From NCBI RefSeq assembly GCF_025526975.1, contig NW_026515668.1, positions 682,001-746,000 of the forward strand: DNA of 64,000 bases. The letters run 5' to 3'. How positions within the stretch are numbered: the first letter of the stretch is position 1; each line of letters begins with the position of its first letter. The translations under genes and the position numbers were made by a program. The stretch is from Fimicolochytrium jonesii (lineage: Eukaryota). The notes beneath the pieces were generated by a model. It was not told the DNA's origin and ran no database searches. It worked only from the letters and a program-made list of their open reading frames with translations. Positions 47,144-59,783 of this stretch are shown here, in pieces.

Positions 47144-48817
47144 ATGGACGACAACCCCTTCGCCGAAATCGCGGCTCGGCCTGCCCTCACAAAGACTTAC
47201 AGGCGACCCGCGGGAGGCATCGCCCGCGCTCAGCACGCGGGGACGGCCATGCGAATGCATTCGCGGCCGTCGCAGCAACAACAGCACGGCGGGACAAGAA
47301 AGGGCGCGCTGCGAACGGATGAGCAGAAGATGCAGTCGGGTGACGAGCAGGAAAATGGGGGACCGATTAAGGGTGAATCTGAGAAGGGTATGTCACAGTC
47401 GAAGTCGACGGGTTCAAGTTACATATAGCGCTGTTTTTCTGAGGCCCTCGATATCGCTTCAAGGGCAAGGCGGGAAGATTAATCAAAAGAAGCCACGCTT
47501 TACTGGCACTCATCGAACCAAAACGGCCTTGTCATCGAAACAAAACGGAAGCCTGCTTCGTAGTTCCGATCAACAAACAAAGGCTGGGGCTTCCTCCTCG
47601 ACGTCAAACCGCGCGACGAAATCCTCCAAGAAAAGCGCTCAACATAATAAAGTCCTCACCGGTATGCGCTTACCCAGTGACCCCATCAACGTCTTCCGCG
47701 ATGATTCCTCGGACGACGACGCGTCGGCTGTGGAAGGAGCTGAGCCCGCCGACAACGGTGCAGCAGATGGTGATTTCCCAAGGAACGCGTCGCCTGTTCC
47801 GTCCGACATGTCGCTCGCCTCAACGCCTTCGCCAGGCCCGCCGCAAATCTTTGGGCGTCCCTCCGTTACTACTCTTGGCCCTATACATAGACCGCTGGGA
47901 CCGGCAGCGACTGCGCGTAACCGCGTAGCTGACAATGCACGACAGGATACTGGAAGGAGCATCGTGCAACAGACACCACTCATGAGGTCTTCGTCGCAGC
48001 AGCATATAGAACATAAAGACCGCGGGAAAGCTACTCAGAAGATGACCACTCCGCCTACTGCAGCTGTAGGGTCACCATGGGCAATCTCATCCGGCGCGCC
48101 TCGTCGCAAATCTCAATCCTTCGTATTTAAAAATGCAGCTAAGCACGGGGATAGTGGATCAACGAAAACCTCGCGGGAGATGGGGTCTGTGTCGAATACC
48201 ATCGTGGCGAAACGGTGGCAAGCGGATGTGGCGGAGGATACGGTGCAAACTAGACCACGGGGCATTCTGATCAGCAGCCCGGCTCTAGACAGCATTCTGA
48301 ACAACATGATCAAGAAGCCGCGGTCCCCGAAGATTCGTTTTTCAGATGACGATGTCTTCGGAGGGTCGGAGAAGCTCGACGCGAGGGGAACGGTCGATGT
48401 CGGTGGAGGGGACGGCTTGATGGAGAGAAGTAACGATATGGGTAGCGTGCCGCCGCCTGCAATCGAGCAAGACATGGAAAGTGATGGATCTGGGAATGAA
48501 GAGCAACAGAAGCCGTTCACACATGGTGAGATAATATACGTCAGTTCCCACATCCGGCCATCGTCCCTGTTTTACCCGCTTCCCTTCCGCCAGATAAAAC
48601 ACCTATCCAGCTACCAACCACCCGCCCATCGACCCCACCCGCCCGCGCACACCCAGCAGCAGCCTCACCAGATCCACTCCTCACCTACCTCGCCGAATTC
48701 GCAAACATGCCCGCCAGCGCAGGTCGTCGCCAGTCGGGGTATGCGCGTGCTAGGGCTCGGATGGCTGAGTTGGGTGGTGAGAGTGAGGATGAACTTGTGG
48801 TTATCGTGCGGATGTGA
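47144..48817 (+). CDS. Hypothetical low-complexity protein, about 3 exons
   Basis: ATG 47144 (MDDNPFAEIAARP), donor ~47388, long exon ~47464-48524, intron to ~48593, stop 48815-48817; no domain recognised. Confidence 0.6.
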
Positions 48818-49953
48818 CTGTGTGACTTGTTAGGGGTGGGGATTGGATGTATAGGGATGATGGACAGAATTAGATCTCGATGGGGGAGAAACCTATTAGG
48901 CAATCATTGGGCATCCTCGGGCGTCGAGTATTTCAGGAGGAGGATGTTAATCAGGGTGAGGAGAGGGAGTGTGGGTTTGTGGGGTTCGTCGGTGGACATA
49001 GCTTAGACAGGGTCGCCTCAACCATTTTCTGTACCTGTACATACGTTTTCTTGCAAAAAATGGTCAATCCGTGAAGCAGTAGTGACGACTTTATCTGGGA
49101 AGACAAACCGAGAAGTACAGTACGTAGATGGCAACGTTTCATGGCAGTCCAGGGGGCCAACGCGTCCGGCCGTTTCTCATCAAAGATTGGAGATTGTGTG
49201 ATGATGATTAGAAGGTTGTAAATGAAATCAGGAGCTGTGCAACATGCTTTGCCTAAATTGCCTTGCGTGGCTGACACCCATCCATTGACAATCAGATTAT
49301 CAGGCCGTTTGCCACGCGGGGCCTCGCTCGCAGAACAGAACAACAACACCACCTCCGACGCCCGGCTTTCCGTTCCCGTACAAACTCCCACCACAGACTC
49401 GACACTCAGACACCCCTTCTTCAGAGTCGCCTCTCGCAAAAGCTTGAAAGGGCTGCTCCCCCACTGGACCCCCAGCCGGTCTAGCGTTTCCAGCCGACTC
49501 GACTCATCTGGCTCCAGAGAAAGGTAAGCCTGACGTTTCCACAGCTCAGCTAGCTTCACAAGACTGGACCTCTCCCCCCCGGAACGTATGTACACACGCG
49601 AGAGTGGGAGAGTGCATTATCTCCACGATTACCCTTGCCTTGCCGGCCTGCGTGTGCATGGAGACGCGCAAGGACCTGACCGCCAAAGTTAGCCTCTTGA
49701 TGAAAGCCTCCGGGAGTTTGGAAGCTTCTTCGCCGAAAAACCATCACGCGCCTGACTCCATCCTCCGTCTTTTCCCCACAGGAACAGGACGCTTAGCACC
49801 GCAATCACTTCCGATACACGCAGTAAACGCTGAGCTCATACACAGCAGTAGGTAGGTACGAGGATCCTCGATTTTACAGTCGGCGGCAACGCTATGTGAA
49901 ACAGCTCACAGTTTCACCCCACACAGCATCACCCGCACCCATAGCCCGCAATC

Positions 49954-52548
49954 ATGCGCATCAAAAGGCTTACAATAGGAGCATACCACCAAGACAGCAC
50001 CGTCCATGCCTTCTCGGTGTATCACTCTCCATCGCCGGCCCCCGGCGGAGTCGCCCCCGACGTCAACTTCTTTCGCCTGCAAGACCTGGACGCCATGTTC
50101 TTTCGAAAGGACCCCGGCTACATCCAAAGCACCGGAAAGATATCCGCTACCTTCCTCTCTTCCCCCGCACACATAATACGGGATCACGCAACAGGGGATG
50201 TGTATATATCTGCAGCGGCTTTGGAGGATACGGCGAAGAGACTGGGCAATTATTTACTTGCGGAGGTGTCGTCTCTGACGCGGGACCAGGTGAAAACTGG
50301 AGTCGCGAACGATATGCTGAAGAGCCTCGATGGATTCCAGTCGAAGCAGCCGTTTGTTGAGGGCGAACAGGAATTGACTACCGACGAGGAAGCCGCGAGG
50401 AGGAACGGTGGGGAAGGTAGAAGGAGGAGAGATAATTCTCGGTCTCCAGAGGCTGAGCCGATGGATACAGATGTTAAGCCACCGCAAAGGCATGACAGTG
50501 GAGAATCCTATCGGAGTGGCAGGAGTGAAGCTGGACAGGTTTGTAAAATCTGCAAACTTGCCGTGCAATTATTGTGCCGTGTAATTCACAAGTGTCATGG
50601 TTCTAGCGTTCCGAGGCGCCCTCTGCATCTCCAGCTCTCTCAAGGCAAAGGGAATCATCCTCCGAAAGATTGGAGCTTCGGCCACATTCCGATGTCGGTC
50701 CGGGGCAGTCTCCTGGGAAACCTGCCTTGCGGCTTCAGGACTCTAACGAGTCTTTGCATAGAGGGTAAGCTTGGGCAATATTGTGGGCACCCGACATTGC
50801 AGCATACTCCGGGCTGGAATTTGTACGCTCTCGCTGGGCCAAAATCTAATCTGCATTCCCAAATCTCGTACCCAAGATCGACTGAAATTGACACCGCGCC
50901 GGTGAAACGAAACCGCTCAGACGCTGAGCTTTCCGAGTCAGCGCAGTCCGAAGCAACCTCAGAAGCCCTCAATGATGATCCACAAGGCGCAGGACGCCCT
51001 AGGCAACGCAAACGGTTATCCATCAACACCGCCGTGGGTCACAATCTCCCGGGACGCATGTCTTCTTCTGCCCTGAGCGCAAACCCGGAGGTTCTCGAAC
51101 AGGTTCGCAGCAGTCTTCTACTGAAGCAACAACAGCAGGCTATCATTGAGGCGAGGCAAACCGCGCAGTACCAGCGCAATGGCCCCATGTCCGCCAATCC
51201 GGACGGGTCTATGCGACCACCCATGTCGGCGGGTGGACCAAATGCGGGGAGTTTCGACCAACGCGGAAATCGGAGACAGTCTTCGCCGAAATTCAAGAAA
51301 GGGAAATTGAGCGTCTGGACGGGAGAAGGCACGTCCGGCGCTGGAGGCGGTCCGAACCCTCCGTCTGTGTTGCACCCACCTGCGGGCCGCTCTCATGGAT
51401 CACCGTCCAGTTCCTCCCTGCTTTCGCCGAGACATCTCAATCCGCAACCTGGAAAAAGCACGAAACTATCGGCTCGCGGTGCTGGAGCCCCGACGGGAGC
51501 AGAAGCGTCGCGATACAACCCCGTGTCTATCATGTCTCCTCGCGGCGGGGAGTTCCCTTCGCGAGAACTACCACTTCCGACCCCGATGCACCCTCACCAC
51601 GGATCTGGCGCACAGGATCGTGATGGCCCGCCTCGGTCTCCGTTGCCACATATGGGTCACAGTCAGAAACACTTCTCCTCAAGCTCCTTGGCGCCGCCGC
51701 CATCTCCTGCGTCCGGATTCCCTCAACAAAGTGGGCACCCAGGAAGCAACAATCCGCCCCACTCTGCCTTACCGCAATCCCTGGCCATCAGCAAGTCTGC
51801 ATTTGTTTCCGTCGCCGAAGCGATGTACGACCAGGTCGAAGAGACGGCCCGGCTGCAGTACACCCTCCGCGACCAGATCCGTCGCTCGACCGCCATGCTG
51901 CAGACTCTCCAATCCAGCGGACAGATGATCGAAGGCCTCGTCCGTGGCCATTTCAGGGAAATGCAAGTCGCATACGGAGAAAAGTTCGGCAGCGCATTGT
52001 ACGAACTCTCCCGCCGCGTCGAACGGCTTGAGCGCGGAACAGCCGCCAATTCGCGAGCGGGCACCGTCGAGAACGGGTACGACAACGACGATGAGAATGG
52101 AAACAACAAGGCCGCCCATCGCCGACAACGGAGTAGCAGCCATTTACTGGAAACCGGCACCGCGGACCACCACCACCACAGCTCCAGCTCATCCCGCCAC
52201 GCCACCCCCGCCGTCATGCCAACCATCACAACCACAGCCTCCTCCCCCTCCCTCCCCACAGGTCCAAGCATATCCCACCCGCAACAACGGTCCCGATACA
52301 ACTCGGCCTCCCCGCGACCCGCCCCCGTCGGCGGTGACTCATCCACCGCCACACAAGCCGCCGGCGGATCATCATGGGGATTCAGAGGCGGTCCGCCGAC
52401 CGCGGTGCCGGAGAACGCGGGGAATATGACTTTGCCGCTGCCTGGAGAGACGGCGGCGACGGAGGGGAGGAAGGAGGGGTACGAGGGAACGTTGATTCAG
52501 ACTTTGATGGAGAGGGTGGAGAAGTTGGAAGGGAAGCGGAGGGAGTAG
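49954..52548 (+). CDS. Uncharacterised protein with disordered P/S/G-rich middle and C-terminal coiled-coil block
   Basis: 864-aa ORF, probably containing in-frame intron(s) around 50539-50880; helical block AMYDQVEETARLQYTLRDQIRRSTAMLQTLQSSGQMIEGLVRGHF. Confidence 0.72.
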   Translation: MRIKRLTIGAYHQDSTVHAFSVYHSPSPAPGGVAPDVNFFRLQDLDAMFFRKDPGYIQSTGKISATFLSSPAHIIRDHATGDVYISAAALEDTAKRLGNYLLAEVSSLTRDQVKTGVANDMLKSLDGFQSKQPFVEGEQELTTDEEAARRNGGEGRRRRDNSRSPEAEPMDTDVKPPQRHDSGESYRSGRSEAGQVCKICKLAVQLLCRVIHKCHGSSVPRRPLHLQLSQGKGNHPPKDWSFGHIPMSVRGSLLGNLPCGFRTLTSLCIEGKLGQYCGHPTLQHTPGWNLYALAGPKSNLHSQISYPRSTEIDTAPVKRNRSDAELSESAQSEATSEALNDDPQGAGRPRQRKRLSINTAVGHNLPGRMSSSALSANPEVLEQVRSSLLLKQQQQAIIEARQTAQYQRNGPMSANPDGSMRPPMSAGGPNAGSFDQRGNRRQSSPKFKKGKLSVWTGEGTSGAGGGPNPPSVLHPPAGRSHGSPSSSSLLSPRHLNPQPGKSTKLSARGAGAPTGAEASRYNPVSIMSPRGGEFPSRELPLPTPMHPHHGSGAQDRDGPPRSPLPHMGHSQKHFSSSSLAPPPSPASGFPQQSGHPGSNNPPHSALPQSLAISKSAFVSVAEAMYDQVEETARLQYTLRDQIRRSTAMLQTLQSSGQMIEGLVRGHFREMQVAYGEKFGSALYELSRRVERLERGTAANSRAGTVENGYDNDDENGNNKAAHRRQRSSSHLLETGTADHHHHSSSSSRHATPAVMPTITTTASSPSLPTGPSISHPQQRSRYNSASPRPAPVGGDSSTATQAAGGSSWGFRGGPPTAVPENAGNMTLPLPGETAATEGRKEGYEGTLIQTLMERVEKLEGKRRE

Positions 52549-53944
52549 ATTCGTTGGTGGAATGGGTTTGTGGGATTCTGAGGGATATTGGTGGGGTAGG
52601 GATGTTCTCACATCCATGCCCCAGTTCGGAAAACAGTTGAGAAAAGCGAGGGCATGTTGGGGGTTTGGCAAATTTCGGGATGGGGGATACCGTGGAGAAG
52701 GGTGACATTAGGGAAGTGAGCAGATGAGGTAACGCATTGAGGAAGGAGGGAACTTAAGAGCTATATAGGCACACCGAAAGAAAAAAGGATCGGATGGGGG
52801 CTTTCTCCCTCCCTCACTCTATTTTCATACATCAAATAGCAACGAACCGTTGCCATCACCAATACGCTCTGTGTGCGTTTGATCGTTCGCGTCCCCCAAC
52901 CTTGGAATTGGCACATCCAATCTGCATCGCAGTTTGCGGTTAGCCATGAGAGCCTTCGCGGATGGAAAGAAGAGGAACATACGCCCTCTGTTCAACTTCA
53001 GCCGTGAATGTGGAGACGCGTCTCCTCCTCGCCTCCTTGTTCAATCCAAGATTGAATACCCACTCATCCACAGTTCCGCAACGTCGGTAAAGTATTTTAC
53101 TGTATTATCAACGCCTGGAATCTCATGCCCTCCAAGGTGTAAAGGAGCCTCCAAGACAATGCATGATATCCAACTCTACTTCCCCCAAACCTCGCCACAC
53201 AGTACGCATCGGTCCCGTCTCTCAAACGTGAAATGCCGCTCCAGTCAGTCCCACCATTCCCCACCTCCCGTAACGCCGATCAATAGCTGTCCTAGCCCTC
53301 GAAGATCTGCGCGTCGCCTTACGGTGACAGACTCCCCCGTACGGACGCGTACGTCCAGAGAAAGATCGTGGCCATCGACAAACATTGTCATTGGAAGCAG
53401 ATCCATCTTTTCACCTAAATTGCACACTAGCCCCCAGCGTAAGCAGGTGGCTGTGTTGAGATGGGGGGGTTCCTCATCCGGCTTGGCACTCGCCGTCACA
53501 ACCATAGCGGGCCAAACTCGCCGTCACGAAAATGCGCGTGTGCTGCACATTTGGCAGAAGCGCTGCATATTCTCAATGGCCCTGCTGCAAGAGGGAGTTT
53601 GGCTTTGTCGCTTCTGGCTTCGAAGGAGGCGAACCCGTTCTTCGAGGGGCTTTGAGCAGGGTCAGGACCCCGTTTTCGGGGCTCTATGCCCGTCACTTTT
53701 CGGACACGCTCGCGTCAATTCGACAGTATGCATTTTCGGACAATCTGCTTCACCCGGAGGTAAACGATGGACATCCTGTACATAACATATATATAGGCAT
53801 ATCCACATGAAGAACACGCTGGCTTACGCCACAGTGAAGCTGCCGGTGAAGCTTATCGATAGTCGGATTGCGAGCGAGGTCACAATTCTCGGCGTCGAAG
53901 GCTCAAAGCGTCGATGATGTGCTGACAAAGCAAGAATCGTGACA

Positions 53945-56175
53945 AAACGCGTCGATAACGCGTCGAGTCTGGGAAGGTGTGTGAGGAAAGCTTTGTACTA
54001 GCGGGTCGGAAGGCAATCTACGAGTTCTGACATAGTACAGGGGCCGGTTCCTGTACACCGATGTTTTTGCCGTGGCTCTATCAAGGCTTTGGGCGCTTCA
54101 TATTGGTATGGGAGAATGGTGAAATGATACAAGGACAGGGGTTAAGGGACTGGCGCTTATCTCCTACTCCCGTTTGCCAACGTCCCTAATGCTTGTCATT
54201 GTTGCCATCAAAATCTGAACAGTATCTCAGCTCAACACGTTAGCCTTCATCTTACATGCTTTCCGCAGATCAACGGAATTTGAAAAGCATCCATTAGAGG
54301 CCGAACGTTTTCCTGGACCAGTTTACTCAACCTTGTCATTTCGTAAGGCGTGCGTGCGCATTGCGGGGCACGGTAAAGAAGACTCAAGACCTGCGCCTCC
54401 CGCAGCTTATTCCACTGCCAATTGTAGCTGGGGGATAGTTTTGCCCGAAAAAATGGTGATTTCCTTGGACAAGGTTGAATCGTTAACGCGTCAGAAACGC
54501 GTCGAACCTGTATATGTACATGTAGGAGCCGAGACTTCTCTACATGTCCAGTCTGGCCCACGTCTCTCATCCGACTCTGTGTCATGCTTGCGCTGTTGAA
54601 AGCACATCGTCAGAGTTTTCCCACCACCTTAAGTGCTTGCTTGGCGGGCCTGCCACGAGATCATGCGATGAGGGAGATAACAGGTCGGTAAACCCGTCGA
54701 ACAGAATTTTCGTGCACGAGCCAGCTTCAACTGCGTGTCCCCTGATGCCCTTTCATGGCGCTGGGACCATCTCCTCCGCCGGCCCCTTGCTCCCTCTGCT
54801 ACTGGTGCCTATAGTTGCCTGACAGCGCTTGTCCGAATAGGTGGTTCGGCCTCACTTTCGGATTACTTTTAACGCGTCACTAACGCGTCAAACGTTTGAA
54901 AGCTTTTGGCTCATCAAGCCTAACCTACTTCTCCCGTATAAGACAAGAATGTAAATGCCGGATGCCGTACTTGCGCTGTTCATCCATGTCCAGCTGCTTG
55001 TCCATGGCTCCGATGATGTTGAATGATACTTGCTAGTCGTCAAACTGATGTCGTCAAACATGGCCTTTCTTTCCTTCTCTACGGGCGGATGAATGCTTTA
55101 CATACTACCAGCGATCGGGGATGTCCTGCATTGCATAGCATCTAGGCTTTGGCAGACGAGATCCGGCATGCAAAGAACTATCCGGCGTTATCACGTAGTA
55201 CATGTTATTTCAGGCCCTTTTTGGGTGAAAGAGACGAAATGCACTGGCAAGGTCCTCTTTCGCCTCTAAAAATACAATAGGATTCAAGGTGAAACCGTTT
55301 GCTTCCCTTCCCATCCATTCCAGTTACAGAGTACGCCAACTCAACGCCCCTGAGATGTATATTCATGCCAACTTCGTCTTCTAACTGACATCCTTCGCTC
55401 TGCCTCTGCCTCTGCCTCTGCCTCAAGTCGCGAATCCCGTCGAGAAGCGCACGGTACCCCTGACCTCCTTAATTACAGTCCCTACTCATCTCCCACGACT
55501 CCTGTAATTAAGTGGTCAGGAGGTACCCCTGACCTCCTTAATTACAGTGCCTAGTCATCTCCCACGAGTCGATGATCTGCGACAAAGTATTCGACATAAG
55601 CCAGATACACCAAGATGCCATAATGTACATGCACGCTTGGACTATGACTGGTACGCTCTTCCAGACCTCCCAAAGAGGCCACGTGGTCGCCGTGCCCAGG
55701 AAGGCGAACCTATAAAGCGCCCAACGGCCTTTGTCCTGCACAGAAAGAACGTAGCCAGTTTTTTCGTCAAACGCAATCTCATATATGGGTCCGGACACCT
55801 ACCTTCATCTCACGAACTTTGAAATCCGCCTCTTCCATGCTCCGCTGCGTATGCAATCGTAACTCCAAGAGCTTGATTCTGTTATGGGGTTAAGACTCCT
55901 TCGGTTAGTAATATTGGACCCCGTTTGGACCCTGCTTTCGGGGCTGCAATTTCTGAGTTCCTCACGCGCCTGGTCCGTCAATTTTCGGACACGCTCGCCG
56001 CGACAGGTTTGACAGTCCCTTTCGGACAACAGCGGTTGACAAGTGCTTCCTTTATGCACGCTTGGCCTTCATGGGGGACGAGATGAACATATAAATATGT
56101 ACATTGGCAATGGGGTTCTGCAACGCGACGCTGCCGTTGGAGTCGTCTCTCTTTCTAACGCGTCGATAACGCGTC
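53945..56175 (+). promoter_or_regulatory. Four dispersed AACGCGTC-N3-AACGCGTC doublets (MluI/MCB-box-like)
   Basis: ACGCGT pairs start at 53947/53958, 54486/54497, 54872/54883 and 56158/56169, all 11 bp apart. Regulatory role not shown. Confidence 0.45.
55453..55570. repeat. 69-bp-period direct repeat with internal inverted repeats
   Basis: GGTACCCCTGACCTCCTTAATTACAG at 55453 and 55522, separated by the near reverse complement CTGTAATTAAGTGGTCAGG. Confidence 0.85.
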
Positions 56176-56572
56176 GGGGTCGAGTCAGCCCGTTTGCTCA
56201 ATGTCTATCCGTGAGGAAAGCACTTGAAAACGACGCAAGTTTAGGGTGATGAACACATCTGGGACGCCCGTCTCTCTGTCCTCATCCCGCTTTATTTCTA
56301 CTGGAATGTCCTCTGATTCGATCAGAGAACTTGCATTGAAATTACCACCATGCCTCCATCGGTCCAGAGTACTTGGTGGGTAACCAGCTAAATTGAGGAT
56401 CACCCCTTTTCATCTTCCAACATCAAGATACATGTTGATATACACGAACACGTTGTACTGCCTGAGCCTACTCATCGAAACAGCGAACTAATAGCTTTCT
56501 ACGTTCCAATGCTGCCGTTTATACTCCCCTATACGCCGTTTAGCCGCACCACATAGTGTGTAACGAGGACTA

Positions 56573-59399
56573 TCATTCCGGTTGGGTGTACAGCGTGACG
56601 GGCGTCTCCGGGTATCGTTTGCGAAACTGTGGAGGACGATGCCCGGACAGGTCAGCTGTTGAGCGATGAAGTGAAGCAAGAGCCCAAATGGAAAGCAGAG
56701 ACGTATGGAGGAAGCAGAGGGTGGGACAACCCGCTCACCCGCTCAAGCATATCCTCCTCCGAAATCCGCACCCCGTCCAGCTGGTTACCGAGTGTGAGCC
56801 AGCCGTCGCGCGTGTTGTGCATTCGTCCGAATATTTCTGCAAGTCGCCATCACATCGGCGTGGTGATGCGTTGAGATGGCAGAATAGGACAGATACGACA
56901 ACCGAAGAGGAAAGGCCGAAAAAGGGTGCATTAGATTACACATCCCATTCCACCTCACGGTCGGCCGCCAAAAAGAATTCAAACACACTCACCAATCTTT
57001 CTCGACCCCGGACAAAGCCGGTCAATGATCCCATAAACCTCATCCGGCTTCCTGCTCGTCTCGCGCACCTCCGCAACCAATACATCCGTATCGATCCCGA
57101 CATTGTGGTACCGCGGGCGGCCTTTGATGCCGACTAGGCAGTGTTCTTTGCTGTGGTTGAGCCTGTGCGGGTGGGGTGTTATCAGTGCGGTAACGATGGA
57201 GGAGAAGGGGGATGGGGGTGATACCAGTGCCCGGTTCGACCGGTTCGGATGAGTTTTTGGAGTTGCATGATTTTGACCCAGATCAGTTCGTCGATTCGCT
57301 GGTATCTGCAATGCAAAAAGCGATACATGGTCAGTCTATCGAAAACATCGGTCCGGGAAACTTGCACAAGAGCACCCCTCCCGAAACTCACCCCCAGATC
57401 CGCAAACACTCCCTCCCCAACTCCATCGCGCGCCCAGTTACCCACAAAAAGATGAAGCCGTCATCCTGCAACGCGCTGATGGGCATCGCGCGCATCTCGT
57501 CGTCGGTCATGGTGCCGTAGGGGAGGTTCATGTGGATGTCCCATGGTGGGTCTGCCTGGGTGCGCCCAAGAGAGGAAGGGCGTTAGGAAAAGAAATCGCC
57601 CATTTGGGGGCTATTCAGGGCACCGTCGCTCTCCTCACGCACCATGATAACAGAAAACTTCCCAGCAACGCTGAAATCGAACGTGCGCACATCGCATCGA
57701 ATCCACTGTGCGGGATGCTATAGATTCCAATTGCCATTGACGTGAGATACATGAAATCCACCATATCTCGCCAGATCACCCCTCACAGAAACCTTACCGG
57801 ATTGCCCACCCTCGAAACCGGAATAGCCCGCTGAATATCAATCACGCCCCCAACCTCATCCAGCTCGTAGTGGATGTACTTGCACACGTCCATGCGGTGG
57901 CAGGTGTTGAGGTAGGAGCAGTCGCCGAGGGAGGGGTCGGTTTGGGGTTGGAGGATGCGGCGGAAATGGAGCTGTTTGGAAATTGGACGGAACAAATGAG
58001 ATCGAGGCTTCATGAACAGATGTTGGTGGAAAAGACGAGTTTTGACGTACCTTATCACATCTGTATCCTTGCGGATGGTGGTTTAAGCACTCGTCGCGGA
58101 GCCGCCAGGGGCAAAAGTCGCGGAAGGGGACATCTTCTTGGCCTTTGAACTAGGATGACAAAGGCCCAATGCGGTCAGCCGTCTCATCGATTTTGCATCC
58201 AGCACTGATATGAAATAGAGAACACCTTCTCAGCTATCAGTCGCCACCGCGCGGTTGGTTTACGTATCAGTGAGTAGATGTCCTCGCACATGCCGTCGCG
58301 AATGGCTTCCCGGGCGGTTGGGGTTGCTAGGACGGCGTTTGCTTCTTCCAGTCCTGATGCGGGCCCAGAAAAATGTACTCGGTGAAGCAATGCTGGTTGT
58401 TGGACGAGGGATGAAGGGAGATGCTTTACCAGGCAATTTTGGAGCGACATCCCATGTCAGGACAGGACCCTCTTGTGGGCTTTGTGATCTCGGCGCAAGT
58501 TGCGAGTCGTTTTTGGTATCTGCCGGGTGCTCGGCGCCCTCACGGGAGGTTGGCATTGACGACAGCCTCATAGCGGCCCTGCAAGAAGAATCAGTGTTGG
58601 GTCAGCGAGACGGGGAGCACATGTTGGTTGGCCGGTTGTGGGGTTCAATGCTTGGCTGGATGTTTGAAACGATGCCCTGCTCGCTCCACTCGCGACGAGG
58701 AAGGTTGGGCTCGTGTTATGCGCACGATCGATGGCTTCCGACCTGCTACTTTATATCTCTCCTCGCAATTCGATGGCTGGTTGGTTGAACGAGACCCTGC
58801 TCGCTCCGCTCGCGACGGGGAGGTCGAGCTGCGTGTGCTCCAAGCTCGCTTCGCTCGCAAAGATCTGACGCTCGCATTCTCCTCGCTTTGCTCAGCTTCA
58901 CACACCTGACGGAATCCACGGCAACCACAACATCCCTCTCCTTTCCATGCACGCCAACCCTTCTCAATTCCAAAACGCCATCCCTTTCCAGATCCTCCAA
59001 ATACACCTCAATGTTTCTCAAATTCCAATCGTTGACGTGCAAATTCGTAACAGGAGGTATATCAGATTGCCCATGAATGTGCTTGAGGAGGGTAAGAGAA
59101 CTCATGGGCAGGCGCGCAATGATGTGAGGGTTGCATAAGGCATGGATTATTTGGGTGTGAAGGATGGAGGAAGGCGTTACGAAGGTTGGGTCGAATGCTG
59201 GATCGAGAGTGGTATCGATTTGCTGCATGGTTTGGTATTCTGATTGTGACTTGGCGGGTTTTGACTCGAAGGTTTCTCGGCTCGCTTGATCCTGGTGGGA
59301 TGAAGTTGGAGATGAGGGGCGATTGAGTGCCTGACGTCGTTTCAGAGACGCTCGGAGACGCTCGTGGATAGACAAGGATAGTTCGTCTGCAGGGGCCAT
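56573..59399 (-). CDS. IME4: mRNA N6-adenosine methyltransferase catalytic subunit (MT-A70; Ime4/METTL3), multi-exon
   Basis: CCCH finger [113 protein letters not shown]. Confidence 0.94.
58579..58905 (-). mobile_element. Intron-resident GCGNAGC-rich dispersed repeat (IME4 intron 1, two core copies)
   Basis: Core C(C/T)CGTCGCGAG(C/T)GGAGCGAGCAGGG at 58675-58709 and 58795-58822 (reverse strand); shared with 60151-60185 and 29006-29039. Mobility is inferred. Confidence 0.6.
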
Positions 59400-59783
59400 C
59401 GTTCGGCGGGCGGTGAGCGAAGTTATGGATGACAGCGGCTGCTTGCTTGGAAGGCGTTGAGAAAGCGAGAGGAGAGGCTGTTGACCAGACGAGAAGGAAT
59501 GAAGGTCAAGCCGCTTCCGGGTTGTTCCACCTTTTATTGTGGAGAGAGACGACGGCGACGGCGGGGGGGGGGGGGGGGGCGTTTGTCCTGTCAGGCCGTC
59601 AATGCTGTCAGTCAGCAACCTGCGTCACGCACGCTCACCCGCCCGCCCGCCCGCTCCCTCCCCGCTCCCCTTTGAGGACAACAACAATTGCGGCCTTTCC
59701 CCACCAACTACCATATGTAGTCCCATCGCTGCTTTTCTTGCTAGCTCGCTTGGTGCACAGCAGCTGACGCACTTGCACTTGCA

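Noticed and set aside
55396..55424. (CTCTGC)n microsatellite; also (GTCG)n ~31387-31405 and GGACATC repeats ~31951-31990
   Set aside because: Ordinary short simple repeats with no further structure.
55690..55760. HMG-box-like peptide EPIKRPTAFVLHRKN
   Set aside because: Only the first few residues resemble an HMG box; the rest does not follow and there is no gene structure.
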